64,000 bases of DNA from Tetramitus jugosus (GCA_937625935.1 OW569395.1:62001-126000), one strand, 5' to 3'. Counted from the stretch's first letter, positions 9,834 through 22,693 are shown. Numbers and translations are program-made. Notes: generated by a model from the sequence alone, not told the origin.

Positions 9834-12632
9834 TTAGAGGGCAAGCACATAGACGAGCAAAACCGCAAAGAGTGCGAACGCTGGCTTGAACCTTGATGCA
9901 TGAGACACCAGCAAGGATGAACATTGATCCTCAGACACCGCTTGAAGTCGACCAGTCACTGTCAAGGCAAACTTTTGACTCGAAGTTAAGATCCGAGATC
10001 CATGAACATCAATGGCAATCAAACTACCGGTAGACACATGTCGAACATCGACTCGTTCATTGTTGTTCAACTTATCCCCGGTTGAATGGTCATTTCCTCT
10101 GAAAACTCCATTGAGGGATGTTGACTGCACAACAAGGTTCAGATTATTGACCAAGACATTCTTGAGACCAACTGGACCAGGAGGATCGTACCATGAGAGT
10201 GTAGCTCTTACATCTGTCTGATCAGTTGCTTCAAAGCAATATCTCATTGTAGCTTTGTGGAGGACTGTTTGACGATCCAATGCGAACAGAGTAAAATCAG
10301 AGTCACTGAATTGCAATGCCGTAGTCAACGATACCAGTCCATATCCATTGTAAATGTTCAATTTTGTTGGTAAGTCCTTAATGATCAAATCTCCATCAAC
10401 TTGAACAATTCCGTTCATAAATTGAGATGAATGAATCAGAGTAGCTTTCAAAAGATAGCCAGAAGGGTTAGACATTGCCTTTTCTTCCCTATAGTACTGT
10501 CTCACGAGCGCTGCTGCTCCTGCGACCACTGGCGTTGCCATGGATGTACCAGCAAATGCAAGAAGAGCTGCAGTGTTGTTACCTTCAGGCCTAATGTTGC
10601 TACATTGATTGGTGTGGATATCTCCGTCCGAATGGGCAGATGTAATGTAAAAACCTGGAGCAACCAAATCAGGTTTGGTTCTTCCATCTAGAGTTGGACC
10701 TCTCGAACTCCAAGACACCACATTTGATTCACGATAGAGTCTTTCGTTTGAAAATCCTTCCTTGATGTTCGTGGGACAACAGCTATCCCTCACTGATTTA
10801 GTGTCCTCGTCCGTTTGTCCTACGAAGGCACAGCATGAATCGATATCAGTTACACCAGCAGCTTCTAAACCACTCATTCGTGTGCTGATATCAAAATAAT
10901 CAACAGATGAAGATAATGCCTTGTTCGTAGTGACGCTAGCACCGACAGATAAAGCATTCTTTGAGACTGCAGGACTACCAACGGTTGAGACTGCAGCAGA
11001 ATCACCTGAATTGCCATTTGCAACGATCACCAACAGATCATCGTGTTCAAATGTAAACTTATCCGCTTGTTGAGCTTGAGAGTCGTAGAATGAACATCCT
11101 TCGCAACAACGTGGGACACCGAACCACTGCTGACAGACCTCCTCTGGTACTAAATCACCCTCTTTTCCTAGTTCAGAAGAAACCGTCCAACGGCATTCAC
11201 ACGGATAAGTACATGTCATATCAGGCAGATCACATCCCCAAGAGTTACTATGAATTCGAGCTCCATGTTCATATGCAGGTCTGAATAAGTCCTCCAAATT
11301 ATCAGGAACGATCCAAGAAGATTCATCATAGGAAGTATCAGTAAAGAATAATTTTGCATCCTTGGCTACTCCAGAGAAGTTTCTTAAGATTGGATCAACA
11401 TTTAGGGTTGACTCAATACTGCCTGCCAGAGTAGCAGCCACGTGAGTACCATGACCTGATACTGAATCCTTGTCATCACTTATTTGACCACCTACATTCT
11501 GGGTTTGATAGTATACAATCTTTCGATGATTTGGCAAGTACTGATCCGCGACAACTGCTTGATTGCTGTCTTGGAACATACAATGATCATGATCAATTCC
11601 AGAATCAGCTACTCCGACAATCTCTCCCTTTCCAGTTAGACCTCTGTCCCAAATTGAGTGACCTAAGGCAGATGGATGGTTAAGGATATCAGATTGAACA
11701 ATTTGTCCTGCTTCATAATTGGCAGCCTTGTACGATAAAACTCGTTCAATCCATACAACATCTTCAATATTCTTCAGTATAGCCAGAGCAGAGTCTGCAT
11801 TGGTTAGAGTTACAGAAACTTTGACAGATTGCTTAGAAATAGAAGTAACAGAGCATTGAGAACAATCTCTTGCTTTGAATTCATTTTCTATATCTTGGAC
11901 AATAGCCTCTGTCTTTCGAGCTCCAGAAGTGAGCACCTTGAGAGAAACAGTCTTTCGGGATGTAGTGGAGGATCTAGGAGTGACAACGTTGTCCAATTTT
12001 GAAAAATTCAATGAAGATTTCAAATCAGACCCATAGTAACCAATCCAGGACACTTGTTGCTTCATCGACTCACTTAACAACCTAAACTTCTTGGCAAACG
12101 AGTCAAGGTTGGCTTAATAAATGAATACATGATTGTGAGTACACATCAAATTCCAAATGAGAAAAAATAAAAAGGTCTCACACATACTGTAAATGTGAAT
12201 TGCCATAGGGGGTAACACTTGAATGAGATTAGGCTCCATGATTGAACAAAAATCATGGACAGCATCAGAACTGGTGAAGCGAATCACCAATTGATACTCC
12301 TTTTTGTCAATATCTTGAGAAGCCTTGGTATCTTCAATCTTGCCATCTCTTTTATCATACAAGCCTATCAAGGCACGAATTCGAGGTTTGGACATCATCG
12401 ACATTTCACCACTGTCGTCCATCTTATTCAGGTGAGAAGAATCACTTCTAACGCCAGAAAATTCCTTCAACATGTTGTTCTCAGAGTTCATCTCAAGTGT
12501 CTTATGATAAAAACGAAGAGAGTGACCATAATCAGGCTCCGAAGCCAAAGAACCGTTCACCAAGCCTAGAAACAAGAATACCTGCAATAGCAGGCACAGT
12601 TGAGCAAACAAAAAGATATAAAAGTTCCTCAT
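9834..12632 (-). CDS. Subtilisin-like S8 serine protease (KP-43/TagC-like), secreted with C-terminal hydrophobic anchor; intron 12113-12187
   Basis: Triad motifs VADSG, HGTHV, GTSMATP; RIHSNSWG, KPDLVAPG; signal-peptide exon (MRNFYIF...) joins in frame through a GTATGT..AG intron. Confidence 0.88.
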
Positions 12633-13562
12633 GTGATATCTTTTCAGAAAATGTTTGGGGTGTTGTGGTGAAATGGACGAGAACTTCTGTCCTTTTTCAA
12701 TGCTGCGCCTAGGTCCCCTGTGCGTTGGAGTTCGTCTTACAACATTTCCATAGGATATCTCCGTCGAAGTGTTGCTGACTGCTGTAACAGTGGAACTTGA
12801 GGGTACCCAACATTCACAACTCCCAAAAACCGCCGTATCAACAACTACTTCCTCAAGAGGTAATCGTTTACCGGGTAGTGAGGAGACACCGAAAGCACAG
12901 TAAAAATAAGATGATCGCACCGCACTGACGAGTCAACCATCTTGTTGACAACGATTCTTCGTGTGGTCACACAAGCAAGGATCATTTTTATTTTAGTTTG
13001 ACATTGGTGAAATACCAAGAGTCTCAATTCGATACCAGAAGATGCGCATCTTCTGACCGACTTATTTTTGGTGAGAATCCAACTCTTCCATTGCAGACGA
13101 GGTCCCTCTACACACGAGCCGTTTCAAGAAGGCTTGCAGGAGGGACAACTCGCAAGCAAGAGAAAAAACAAACAACCAACAAACAAACAATCCACACAAC
13201 AAACCCCCTTTTTGTGCTTTGAGTTTTCCTCTGTGTGCGCTCAGGTTATTCATCACCAACACAACTAGCAGCAAACAACGGTATTTTTTTTGACGTTTTC
13301 GACTCGAAACCCACACATTATTGGCATCACACCACCAACAACAACACAACGAGCGTGAACCAATCTTCTCCCACCACCAGAATCAACAAACAAAAACTAC
13401 CTTGCAAACAAACACAACTTGGGACCGAAAAAAAAAACTTGAAAACCGACCGATTTCCCTCCTAAAAAAAAGCCAAAGTTTACAACGGAACATTTGCAAT
13501 ACACAGCAGCAGCAACAGCCTCCCTTCTTCACTACCCAACCTGCACACCCTCAAACAAAAAA

Positions 13563-15623
13563 ATGATGAAAACAGCGAGTCCAATCGTAGCTACTTCTCC
13601 CGTAGCTGCCGCCAATTCTCTTCCATCTACAGTAGCTCCAAGCTCTGACCCTGTTCCCGTGTCAGTTGCTACAGGCTCCCCATCCAGTCCAACGAGTCCA
13701 GGCACAAGCTCTCAACCGCTTCTCAACAACAACAGCACGGAACCTCCTTCCAGTCCAACAACAAGCTTCCTCTACAGAGCTCAACAATTTGTTTTTGCTC
13801 CCTTCCAATTTTCCTCCTTCTCTTCCTCCCCTACTCCTAAGAATTCTATCACCACCACTACTAACACTACATCAACCATACAAAATGAAGAAGAAGCAGA
13901 AAATGATGCACAAGTTCCAGAGCTACAAGTCACAGATGATGAACAACAAGATGAAGCCATGACCAAACACACAAAAAAAACACTTGTCAATCATGATGAA
14001 CAACGAAAAGCTACGACAGCAACAGCAACAGTAGAAGATGAAGAAGACTCATCCATCACAAAAGTAGTGACTGATGAGACTTGTCTCATTTGTAGCTCTC
14101 AACAAAAATCATCAACAACACTTGTGACTCAATTGTGCACATGCTCCACCACTTCAACTTCCACTACCATAGCTTCCACAACTACACTAAAAAGCTTACA
14201 AAAAATGTCACTTGACAAGAGAGAGCTCACAGTGTATGCAAGTGCTGCTTATCGACCCAAAGTTGGCTACAACAAGGACAAGGCAGCTGCACAAGAATTG
14301 AAGGGAAGAAGAGACTGTGGTGAAGATGCCTATTTCATTCTCAGTTCCTTCCAAACACAACCTTCCCCTCTCAAGAAACCTCGTTCTGCTATTTCTCCGG
14401 TTACTCCGAATAATACTCCGATTGCAAGGCCTTCCAAAAAGACTGTCAATGGCAGTAACGGTAGCACAAAACAACAACAACAACAACATCAACGTGTTTT
14501 ATCAGAGGAAGAAGATGCTACCATGAATAGCACTGACAGTACGATGAGTTTCCACACGAGTGAAGAAATTGAAGAAGAAGAATTGCATGGCGAAGAAGAA
14601 GAAGAGGAATATGACATTGAAGATGACGAAGAAGAAGAAACCAATGATGATGACGAAGAAGAAGAAGAAGATGACGATGACGAGGAAGAAGAAGAGGATG
14701 ATGATGATGATGCAATGATGATGACCATGAGTTGTTCCACACATTCAATGATGGTGGATGAGGAATCGGGCATGTTGATGAGTCAACTGTTACAGGACGA
14801 AGAAGAGAATCAAGACGGAAATGATGATGATGGCGATGGCGATGAAAAATTGGGTGAAAGAATTTGTGCGATTGGTATTGCAGATGGTGTGGGAGGTTAT
14901 AGCAATATGGGTGTTGATCCGTCACTCATGGCATGGGCACTCATGGAACAATCAAGAAATGCACTTGATTCGAATGCTCATATTCTGCCGTATGATGCTC
15001 TGATTGAAGCCTATGAAAACATTAGGGGAAAAAATCTGGTGGAGTGCGGTGGATCAACAGCGTGTGTCCTGTTGATCTCTAGAGGCAAATCAGCAGTCAA
15101 TAAGCGTGAAAATGTGTTGCATTTGACGAGCACAAATCTCGGTGACAGTGCATTCATGATTATACGTGACTCCAAGGTTGTTTATCGTTCCGAAGAGCAA
15201 ACTCATTTTTGGAATTGTCCATTGCAAATGTGTGTGCCACCAAAGAATGTGGCCGACGTGTTCCAAGATCATCCAAAGGATGCTTCAGTGTTGCCAGAGC
15301 CATTTGAACTCAAAAAGGGTGATGTCATTGTGGCAGCCACAGACGGTCTAACGGACAATGTGTTTGATGAGAGGATTGCAGAGATTGTGACTAAGCATCA
15401 GACCACGTCACTCCATGTGGATCACAAGACGCGATCAGACATGATTGCCAATGAGATTTTGCAGTGCGCTGTACAGGCAGCCACGTCCAGAACGACTTAT
15501 ACTCCATTCCAAAAGTATGCCCAGGAAAATCGATACATGTTCAGAGGAGGAAAGAATGATGACATTTGCCTGGTAGTTGCTTGCGTGCAAGAAGATGATT
15601 CCACGACGAGCAGCAGCAGCTAA
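13563..15623 (+). CDS. PTC7: PTC7-type PP2C (PPM) phosphatase with long low-complexity regions
   Basis: GEDAYF, IADGVGG, GGSTAC, NLGDS, QTHFWNCPLQ, ATDGLTDN and GGKNDDI motifs. Confidence 0.85.
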   Translation: MMKTASPIVATSPVAAANSLPSTVAPSSDPVPVSVATGSPSSPTSPGTSSQPLLNNNSTEPPSSPTTSFLYRAQQFVFAPFQFSSFSSSPTPKNSITTTTNTTSTIQNEEEAENDAQVPELQVTDDEQQDEAMTKHTKKTLVNHDEQRKATTATATVEDEEDSSITKVVTDETCLICSSQQKSSTTLVTQLCTCSTTSTSTTIASTTTLKSLQKMSLDKRELTVYASAAYRPKVGYNKDKAAAQELKGRRDCGEDAYFILSSFQTQPSPLKKPRSAISPVTPNNTPIARPSKKTVNGSNGSTKQQQQQHQRVLSEEEDATMNSTDSTMSFHTSEEIEEEELHGEEEEEEYDIEDDEEEETNDDDEEEEEDDDDEEEEEDDDDDAMMMTMSCSTHSMMVDEESGMLMSQLLQDEEENQDGNDDDGDGDEKLGERICAIGIADGVGGYSNMGVDPSLMAWALMEQSRNALDSNAHILPYDALIEAYENIRGKNLVECGGSTACVLLISRGKSAVNKRENVLHLTSTNLGDSAFMIIRDSKVVYRSEEQTHFWNCPLQMCVPPKNVADVFQDHPKDASVLPEPFELKKGDVIVAATDGLTDNVFDERIAEIVTKHQTTSLHVDHKTRSDMIANEILQCAVQAATSRTTYTPFQKYAQENRYMFRGGKNDDICLVVACVQEDDSTTSSSS
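14565..14712 (+). repeat. GAA/GAT trinucleotide-rich tract encoding poly-Glu/Asp
   Basis: Directly visible (gaa)n/(gat)n runs inside the PTC7 CDS. Confidence 0.85.
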
Positions 15624-15953
15624 ATGCCACAAAACATTTCTGTTTGTTAGGGTTATGATTGAATATTCAAAGGTACAGTCACATGTGTTGACTGCGTGTG
15701 GTGTGTGTCACACGCACTCATTCCTCTCTGACTGAAGACTGAAAAACACAAAAAACAAAAGCCATAAACAATAATAATATTCTAGTTTGTTGAAACATGG
15801 TTGTTCCTCATTTTCTTATTGGACCTTCCTCACGACAGTTCACAACTATCCAACGATCGTCCCGTCATCCATGCTCAGAAGAACAACAAGAACTTTTCGT
15901 AAGTTCCCGGGTTAAAGAGTTCCAGAGAAGCAAAAAAACGAACAGAACAACAA

Positions 15954-17626
15954 ATGACCGAAGAGTCCAGTGAGAACAACAAGGATCGAATTTGCATTGA
16001 GCAGGTTCTTCTCGGTACAGGTCACATGTTTCTCAATCATGAACCGATTCATGCAATGTTCGTCGAAAGCTTGCGAAACGAGTCACAACAATTGCTCACG
16101 AGGAGTCAAACTGTGCAGGACTGTGTTGTTTTGACACAAGAAGAACTGTTGCATTTAGAAAAGAGTGAAATGGTGGACAGCAGCGATTCTGAAAAGAATA
16201 GCGGCCAAAAAAAGGAGGAATTCGTGCACATTGTAATGGTGTTGGATCCTGTGCGATTGCTACCTAAAGAATCGAACAATTTCTTTGGTTCGAGATTTAT
16301 CGACATGGACAGTCAAATTGTCGTGTATGTCAAAGTAGATCTAGGTGTGTCCTATTTCCAGACAATAGACGATAGCTCTGTGCATGTTCAAGTGTTTCAA
16401 CCATCAAGGCTAAACGATGAATCCTCCAATGATTCTGTGCCATTATTCAAGTTGGCAACACAAATGAACCAGGACAGAAATGATTTTGGCTTGTCCTTGA
16501 TGCTCCAGACTGCAATCATTCGATTCTTAAAGAGTTACTCTCGCTTCAGTGCCCTATTCGATGACATTGCGAGAAGCAACGTATTGTCTCGAATTGTTCA
16601 GTTGGTACGATCAGAGATACAGAAAAGCAATTCCAAGTGTTTGGTTTCAGGAAGAAGGATTAAGTTGGGATATAGACCTGGATTCGTGAATGCAATGCAG
16701 TATCTAGATCTTGCAAGAACATCTGGATTTGGACTCTCACTGCTGAGACATTATCTCAAATACGAGGAACCTCTCCTGCGATACATTTTGTCCAATATGA
16801 GTACGGAACAAGGGTTCTATCTTGCACCATTCCCCTGTATCTATCATGAGAAGCAGCGAGAATGGGGACGATTCGATGGTACGAGACATTCCAATAACAT
16901 GTTAAATAACATTCCGACCCTCAATCGTCTGAAGAAGCTGTTAGATGATGGTTTTCTTCAGACAGGCAATGTCAATGTACTGTCAGATGACATCGTATGT
17001 AGTCACCCTTTCTTATGTCTCCTCTTCACCCGGTTGGCTAACTTTCTTGTTCTCAGTGGTTAGTGTTGTCGAACAGGGTTTACCTGAGTCCAACAACTGT
17101 ACCCAACAGCGATGAGATCTTTGGAAACAAAGCAAAGTTGTATGCATTCCTCTCGGTGGATAAAAGTTTTGAGGAGCAATACGAAAGTTTGTATCATTCA
17201 TTTTGTTTTGTTCACTCTGAGTTTCGTTAATTACACTCACTTTTATCAAAATCAGAGAAGAAGATCGAACGTCAGAGCCAAGACAAAGATGTCAGAGAAA
17301 AGATGTCACTACTCTATCCACAAACTCATGAAAATCTCTGTCCTTCACTCACATCACCCAGAACCAATCTCCAACATTACTTTAGGTTCGTAGACACAAA
17401 GACACCAGTTACCCCAGACGTTCTCGAGTATGGTCTTATTATCAAATATTTGGGAAAAGAGAAGACGTCATCGTGGGAACAGAAATACGGAGAGACTGTG
17501 AATCCAGAACTGGTGGTTCCTCGATTATTGATCTGGTACGACAAGAAAGCGAAAGAACCAGAGTTGGCCATCACTTCGCCGGACGTCATTTCCTGGTGTG
17601 ATCAATACAGAGACACGCAATACTAG
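15954..17626 (+). CDS. Degenerate PARP6/8-like protein; predicted introns 16995-17056 and 17187-17255
   Basis: Spliced product has FYLAPFP, WLVLSNRVYL, LYAFLS, YPQTHEN and ELVVPRLLIWY in the same order as PARP6/8 motifs IFEPYP, WxISSNRSHI, QFLLLS, FHGSHIEN and HVCTRFFFVY; intron 1 has a GCTAAC branch site. Confidence 0.5.
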
Positions 17627-17730
17627 AATCGTTACTGCACCAGAATAACAGAGAATTGTTAATTATTCAATGAATGATCCATTAAATACAAATCAACAGT
17701 GTATTAGAAGCGAGAACTTGAAGGGTTTTT

Positions 17731-20700
17731 TTATGAACGGACCTGTTGGTTGGCTAGTTGTTGCTGTCTAGTTTGTTGGATTTTGGACAACTGGGTCAGT
17801 ACAGTTGAGTCAACCTTACTAGTTAAGAATTGCTCAAATGCTTGTTGACTGCCCATCATTGCAGCAATCTGTTCAAACTTTGTCATCAGGATCTGATAAA
17901 CATCAGCATGCATAATGGGATCATTCTTCATTTGTAACCGTTTTCTGTCGTATTCGTTTCGCACAGCATCATCGCCAGTTCCCAATTGATCCAAGCCACA
18001 TTCTTCAATGACAGCATCTTCAAACAGCACTTGAACACACAAATTGACCAATATTCCAAATATGTCATTCATCAGTTCATTGTTCTGTGAAGGGAACAGA
18101 GTAAGCAATCCTACTACACTCACTTTGCGCTTATAGGTGGCAATCATGTCCTCTGTGCCATCGACCCATATCTTCACCATTTGCATAAACAATGCGTCAG
18201 GTGTGGCACCTCCAGGTAACTGCTTGGCTACTTCGTTCAACAAGTGTTGCATGATTCCTTGTCTGTTTGTTGCCACAATTCTTGCAAACAGCGAAACAAT
18301 GTGAGATCGTGCCATCACGGACTCTGTGCCCTTGAATAGAGCAATCAACAATTTTTGCAACACGGCTTGCAATACTTGTGGTCCTTGATCAGGGAACAAT
18401 GTCAAAACAGTTTCCATCATGGACAAACAGATAATCATTGGCTTGTCTTTGACTTCACCCGCAATACTGAAGCAGAATTCATTGAGTAGAGAGCCGAACC
18501 TGTTCAGGAATTGGTCTCTACCGAGTAGCACATAACTTTCGGTGATTTTCAGCGAGATGATAATGTTCTCGAATCCTTCGTTCAATGATTTTGGAATGTT
18601 TGGGAATAAATCCAAGAGCGCGTCAGAGCACTGTGGTGCCTGATGCATGGTCGATTGCCATAATTGAAGTCCATCCTCAATGTAGTACAAATGATCGGCA
18701 CCGTCTATATCGGTTGCGTACTTGATCAATGGCAGCACAAAGTTATGAATGGAGACAGAGTCCTCTCCCATGGTATCAACCAACTTGGTTAATGCAACAA
18801 TGATCGAGTTACGGATCATGTGTTCATCGTTGCTCTGATTCCACAGGGCAGGAACATATTGCATCAATGTAGGAACATATGGCAGAATAACTCTGTGCAT
18901 TCTTTCAATAAATATGGACAATAGGTGCAAAAGAGCCACCTTTGTTTCTTCTTCTTCGACTTGTGACAAGAGTTGGAAAACACTCTTGACAAATGGATCT
19001 AAAAACTCTTGCAAAACCTTGTTGGATACATCTCTATCTTCATCTAATAGCTCTTTCAATGACATGAGACTGGACAGCTTGAGCACTGTATCTTCTTCAC
19101 TCAACACGTACAACAAGCACCGGAACACATCAGAAATGATATCATTCTTGATGGCGTCTGCCCATCTTCCTATCAACCACACTGCTCGACGTCTAATAAT
19201 CTTATACCTTGGATCTCTCATTTGAATCTCTTGGGATAACATTTGTTTGAAAAATGTGCTAAAATCAATGTTTTGACACAGATAATGCGAGACCCAACCC
19301 ATGGCATTGTACACTGCATCCCTGAGTAATAGTTTGTCCTGATCCAATGATCCATATGTCTCCTTCAACAAATTTGATGAATAATTGGCCATGTAAGTTG
19401 GCAGTGTCTCATCATAGGTCTCCACCAGTGAAATGAATAACAATTCGGAAGCATTCTTGATTGATCCAGAAAAGTCCATTTCTTGATCTCTGACAAACAA
19501 CTCGGGATCATCTTCCCACTGATCCAGCTCTTCCTTTGTCAACAGCATATACTTTGATATCAATTGTGTAACCAGTGAAGATAGCACTTGTTCGGTAAAG
19601 AATTGTACCTTGATCAATTCCTTGGCATGTCTCGCTGCATCCGAATCACCATTGTACTTTGTCGTTTCGGCCACATTCTTCACAAACATCAAGCATCGAA
19701 ACATAAACATATCCATGGCATCAGTCTTTGACAAATCGCACTCAAATATGACCTTTAAACAAAATTGAAGATAGGGAGTCAACACGGTTCTCATTTGCAA
19801 CAAGTGCTTGTTTTGTGCACGCAGTGGAATCTTCATGAACGATCCTAGGCACTTGTGTACAAGAGTGGCCATTTCTGATTCGTTTTGATTGCTCATCTTG
19901 TTACAAATCTCTTGTCGAATCGCATAAAACTTGACCACATACTGCCACACATGCTCCAAGAATTGAAGGGCAATCGGTTGATCATCCAAATTCGTAATTC
20001 CACCCACAATCATCCTCCGAATAATCTTTGTCGTATTGAGACAATTCTTAAATAATTGACGAGTCGCCGCACTCACTTGTATCGATGTCGTTGCTGTCGT
20101 CGTGTTTGTCGCTATTGTCGTATTATTCGTTTGGTTCATGGTCATGACAAACGCATTCAACTCTTGTTCCATTTTCGATGCATAAAACGTCCATAATTGA
20201 CACATCATGTTCAATGATTCTTTTGTGACTCTCTTGAATGACTCGACAGAGTGACCCACTCGTTTTGTTGTCTGTTCCTTGGCAAATTGACCAATAATGA
20301 ACAGAGCTCTCTCACGAGTAAACTCATCACCTTGCAACAGTGTCTGTAGCATGAATGGATAAAATTCAGTCCATGGTTCGGGGAAATCAAACCTTGTAAT
20401 CTTTGCAATGGCCAGTGCCAATTGAACCACAATTCGCCATTCCTTGACACGAATAGTTTGAAGGAGTTGATTTCGGAGATGAACTTTTTCTTCCTCTAAA
20501 ATGTGACTATATCAAGGACAAAAACATTACAAAAAAAGAAAATACAAAAGTTTACAAAAAATGTTACAAAAACAATTCATGAAACTTCAATCCAAAAAAA
20601 ATACAAAAAATAAGAGAATTGACATACAATGAATGACTATTCCTCCAATAAACAGAAGCAGTATTCTTCATTAAAATACTTGCCAAGTACTTGATCTCTG

Positions 20701-21006
20701 GGGCATAATCTTCACTATGAATCAATTGCTATTGTCACGCACGAATATCATCAAAAAAAAATTTGTAAATTCTTCATCAAATTTTTGGCGCCAAAAAAAG
20801 CTTTCACAGAAACAACATACCATCAACAATGAAAAAAATCCACTTCTCTTTTCAATCTCGTGAACTGTTTTTTCTGCTTGTTTTTGTGTGGCAAAGTCAT
20901 TGGAGAGACAACTTTGCAATAATTGAACGAGATGTGGCAAATCTGATGGTTGCAACGAAGGTAATGTGCTTCTCTGAGAGGTATGCTTGTTGGTAGTGTT
21001 GTCCAT
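17731..21006 (-). CDS. IPO11: Importin-11 / Kap120-like karyopherin beta; two 5' introns (about 20729-20820 and 20508-20627)
   Basis: IBN_N start (QKQAEK..LMKN), IAKITRFDFPEPW, QWEDDPE and IIRRRAVWLIGRW HEAT-repeat motifs. Confidence 0.85.
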
Positions 21007-21469
21007 TTCTTGTGTTTGTTGTTGATGGAAGAAATGCGAAAAAAGCTTGGTGTGCAACATTCAAGAAGCTGTGTGAACAGTGCGGAGAAAATAAAATCAC
21101 AAATTTCCGTCTTGCGGGCAGAAAAAAAAGGTGGTGTTTTCATAACCCACAAGGAATCTGGAAGGGGAGGTTGAGATAAATTGAAGAATGGAACATGGGC
21201 TGTTACTTTGATTCCTTGTGAAATGATTACATTGTATTAGATTCCCTTGGCTGTCATACCATCGATGAAGGCTTCAAACACCTCTCGATCTGATGAGCTC
21301 TTAATACCGAAATGATCCCTCTGTGAACACTTTTGTTAAGACTTTGCAATGGTTTGGTTTTATTTACTTAGTTGAAAATGGCGTTTCGTTAAGGGAGGCT
21401 GTCGGCTATCACATGATCTGATGCACAGTCCCACACAGGCCTGGTACATACTTGTTAGATATGTCATAT

Positions 21470-22693
21470 TTACACCCACAATCGATTCACAACAGCGATA
21501 ATAGCAATTGTTGCGACAACGATGAAAAGGTTGACCTGGAATGGACTACCACTGTTTTTCTTGGATGACTCTTGTGGTTCAAAAGTTCCAGATGATCGTG
21601 CAGGTAGAGTTGATGAGCCGGATGGAGATGGATTGGATCCGGTGGGTGACTCTGTAGGGGTAGAAACAGATGGTGAAGTACTATTGGATGGGGATGGGGA
21701 TGGATTTGGAGTAGAGCCCTCACCAACAATCACCAATTGAGTGACAACACTCAATTGATCGTCAATGGAACTAGCAGCTTGTGTAACGACTTCATTGTCT
21801 CTATTCACATCTGCAGTGAAAGTTGTGTAGGCACCTCCAGAAACATAGTACATGCTCACACTATCCAATGGAATAGAGTTTGGTAGAGTCTTGAACTTGT
21901 ATCTGAAAACAGCGTTGTAAGTTGGCTTGGCATTGTTGGCATTGGTAATGGTGAAGTAGAAGATGCCTTGATTGGTACCGGTTGGGAAATTGATGCCTGG
22001 GTTAGGGTTGGAAGAATGTCTCTCGACAGTGATGGAATAATCGGTATTGGAACCCAAGATGTCCAACTCGAAGGAATCACCCTTGTTTGGCAAAGCGAAC
22101 GCAAAGGTGTTCTTGATGGTCTTTTGGATCTGGAGTGGAACGCTGTATCTGGTGAACATATCATAGTCATAGTCATCAGCTGGGAAAGTTACACTATTTC
22201 CACCAAAGACACCGATTTGATTGACTCCAGGTCTCAGGAACTCTCTCTGGAAGCTCTGAGTAATAGTCTTTGTCAAAACAGTGACAGAAGAAACATCAGG
22301 GAACTCTCTCCACTTGTCACTTCTGAACTGATACATGGACAGTGTAGCAGGATCCACATTGAACAAGGCATCATTGTAAATGAAACGCAATGCAGCACCA
22401 AAAGTCAAAGTTGGCTTAGATGCTTCATCATTCACCTGGAAAGTAAAGAAATCAACAGGTGTGTCCTTGAGTGCCATCTTATCAGAGTTGTTGGCAGTGT
22501 TTCCGCTGAAGTCCAAAGTGAAGCTAAAGTCAACATTTGGACTGACAATGTCCACAACGGCATTCTGGTTGTTGCCGAGGTCAAATGTAAAGGTAGAAGT
22601 TCCTTGGCCAGCCAAAACGTTCACTGGAGTATTGAGGGACTCGCACATGATGCAAGATACCATGAGCACGAGACCCAAGACGAGTACTACCAT
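21470..22693 (-). CDS. Cell-surface protein: signal peptide, two repeated beta-rich domains, S/P/T stalk, C-terminal GPI-like/TM anchor
   Basis: Hydrophobic N- and C-termini, internal two-fold repeat, PSPSPS-rich linker. Confidence 0.7.
   Translation of the reverse strand: MVVLVLGLVLMVSCIMCESLNTPVNVLAGQGTSTFTFDLGNNQNAVVDIVSPNVDFSFTLDFSGNTANNSDKMALKDTPVDFFTFQVNDEASKPTLTFGAALRFIYNDALFNVDPATLSMYQFRSDKWREFPDVSSVTVLTKTITQSFQREFLRPGVNQIGVFGGNSVTFPADDYDYDMFTRYSVPLQIQKTIKNTFAFALPNKGDSFELDILGSNTDYSITVERHSSNPNPGINFPTGTNQGIFYFTITNANNAKPTYNAVFRYKFKTLPNSIPLDSVSMYYVSGGAYTTFTADVNRDNEVVTQAASSIDDQLSVVTQLVIVGEGSTPNPSPSPSNSTSPSVSTPTESPTGSNPSPSGSSTLPARSSGTFEPQESSKKNSGSPFQVNLFIVVATIAIIAVVNRLWV

Noticed and set aside
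12633-12920. N-terminal extension of ORF 12114-12920
   Set aside because: The signal peptide begins at ATG 12632; the upstream part looks like promoter/UTR. The same reasoning was applied to extensions of the PIP, PLD, GT31 and PTC7 ORFs.
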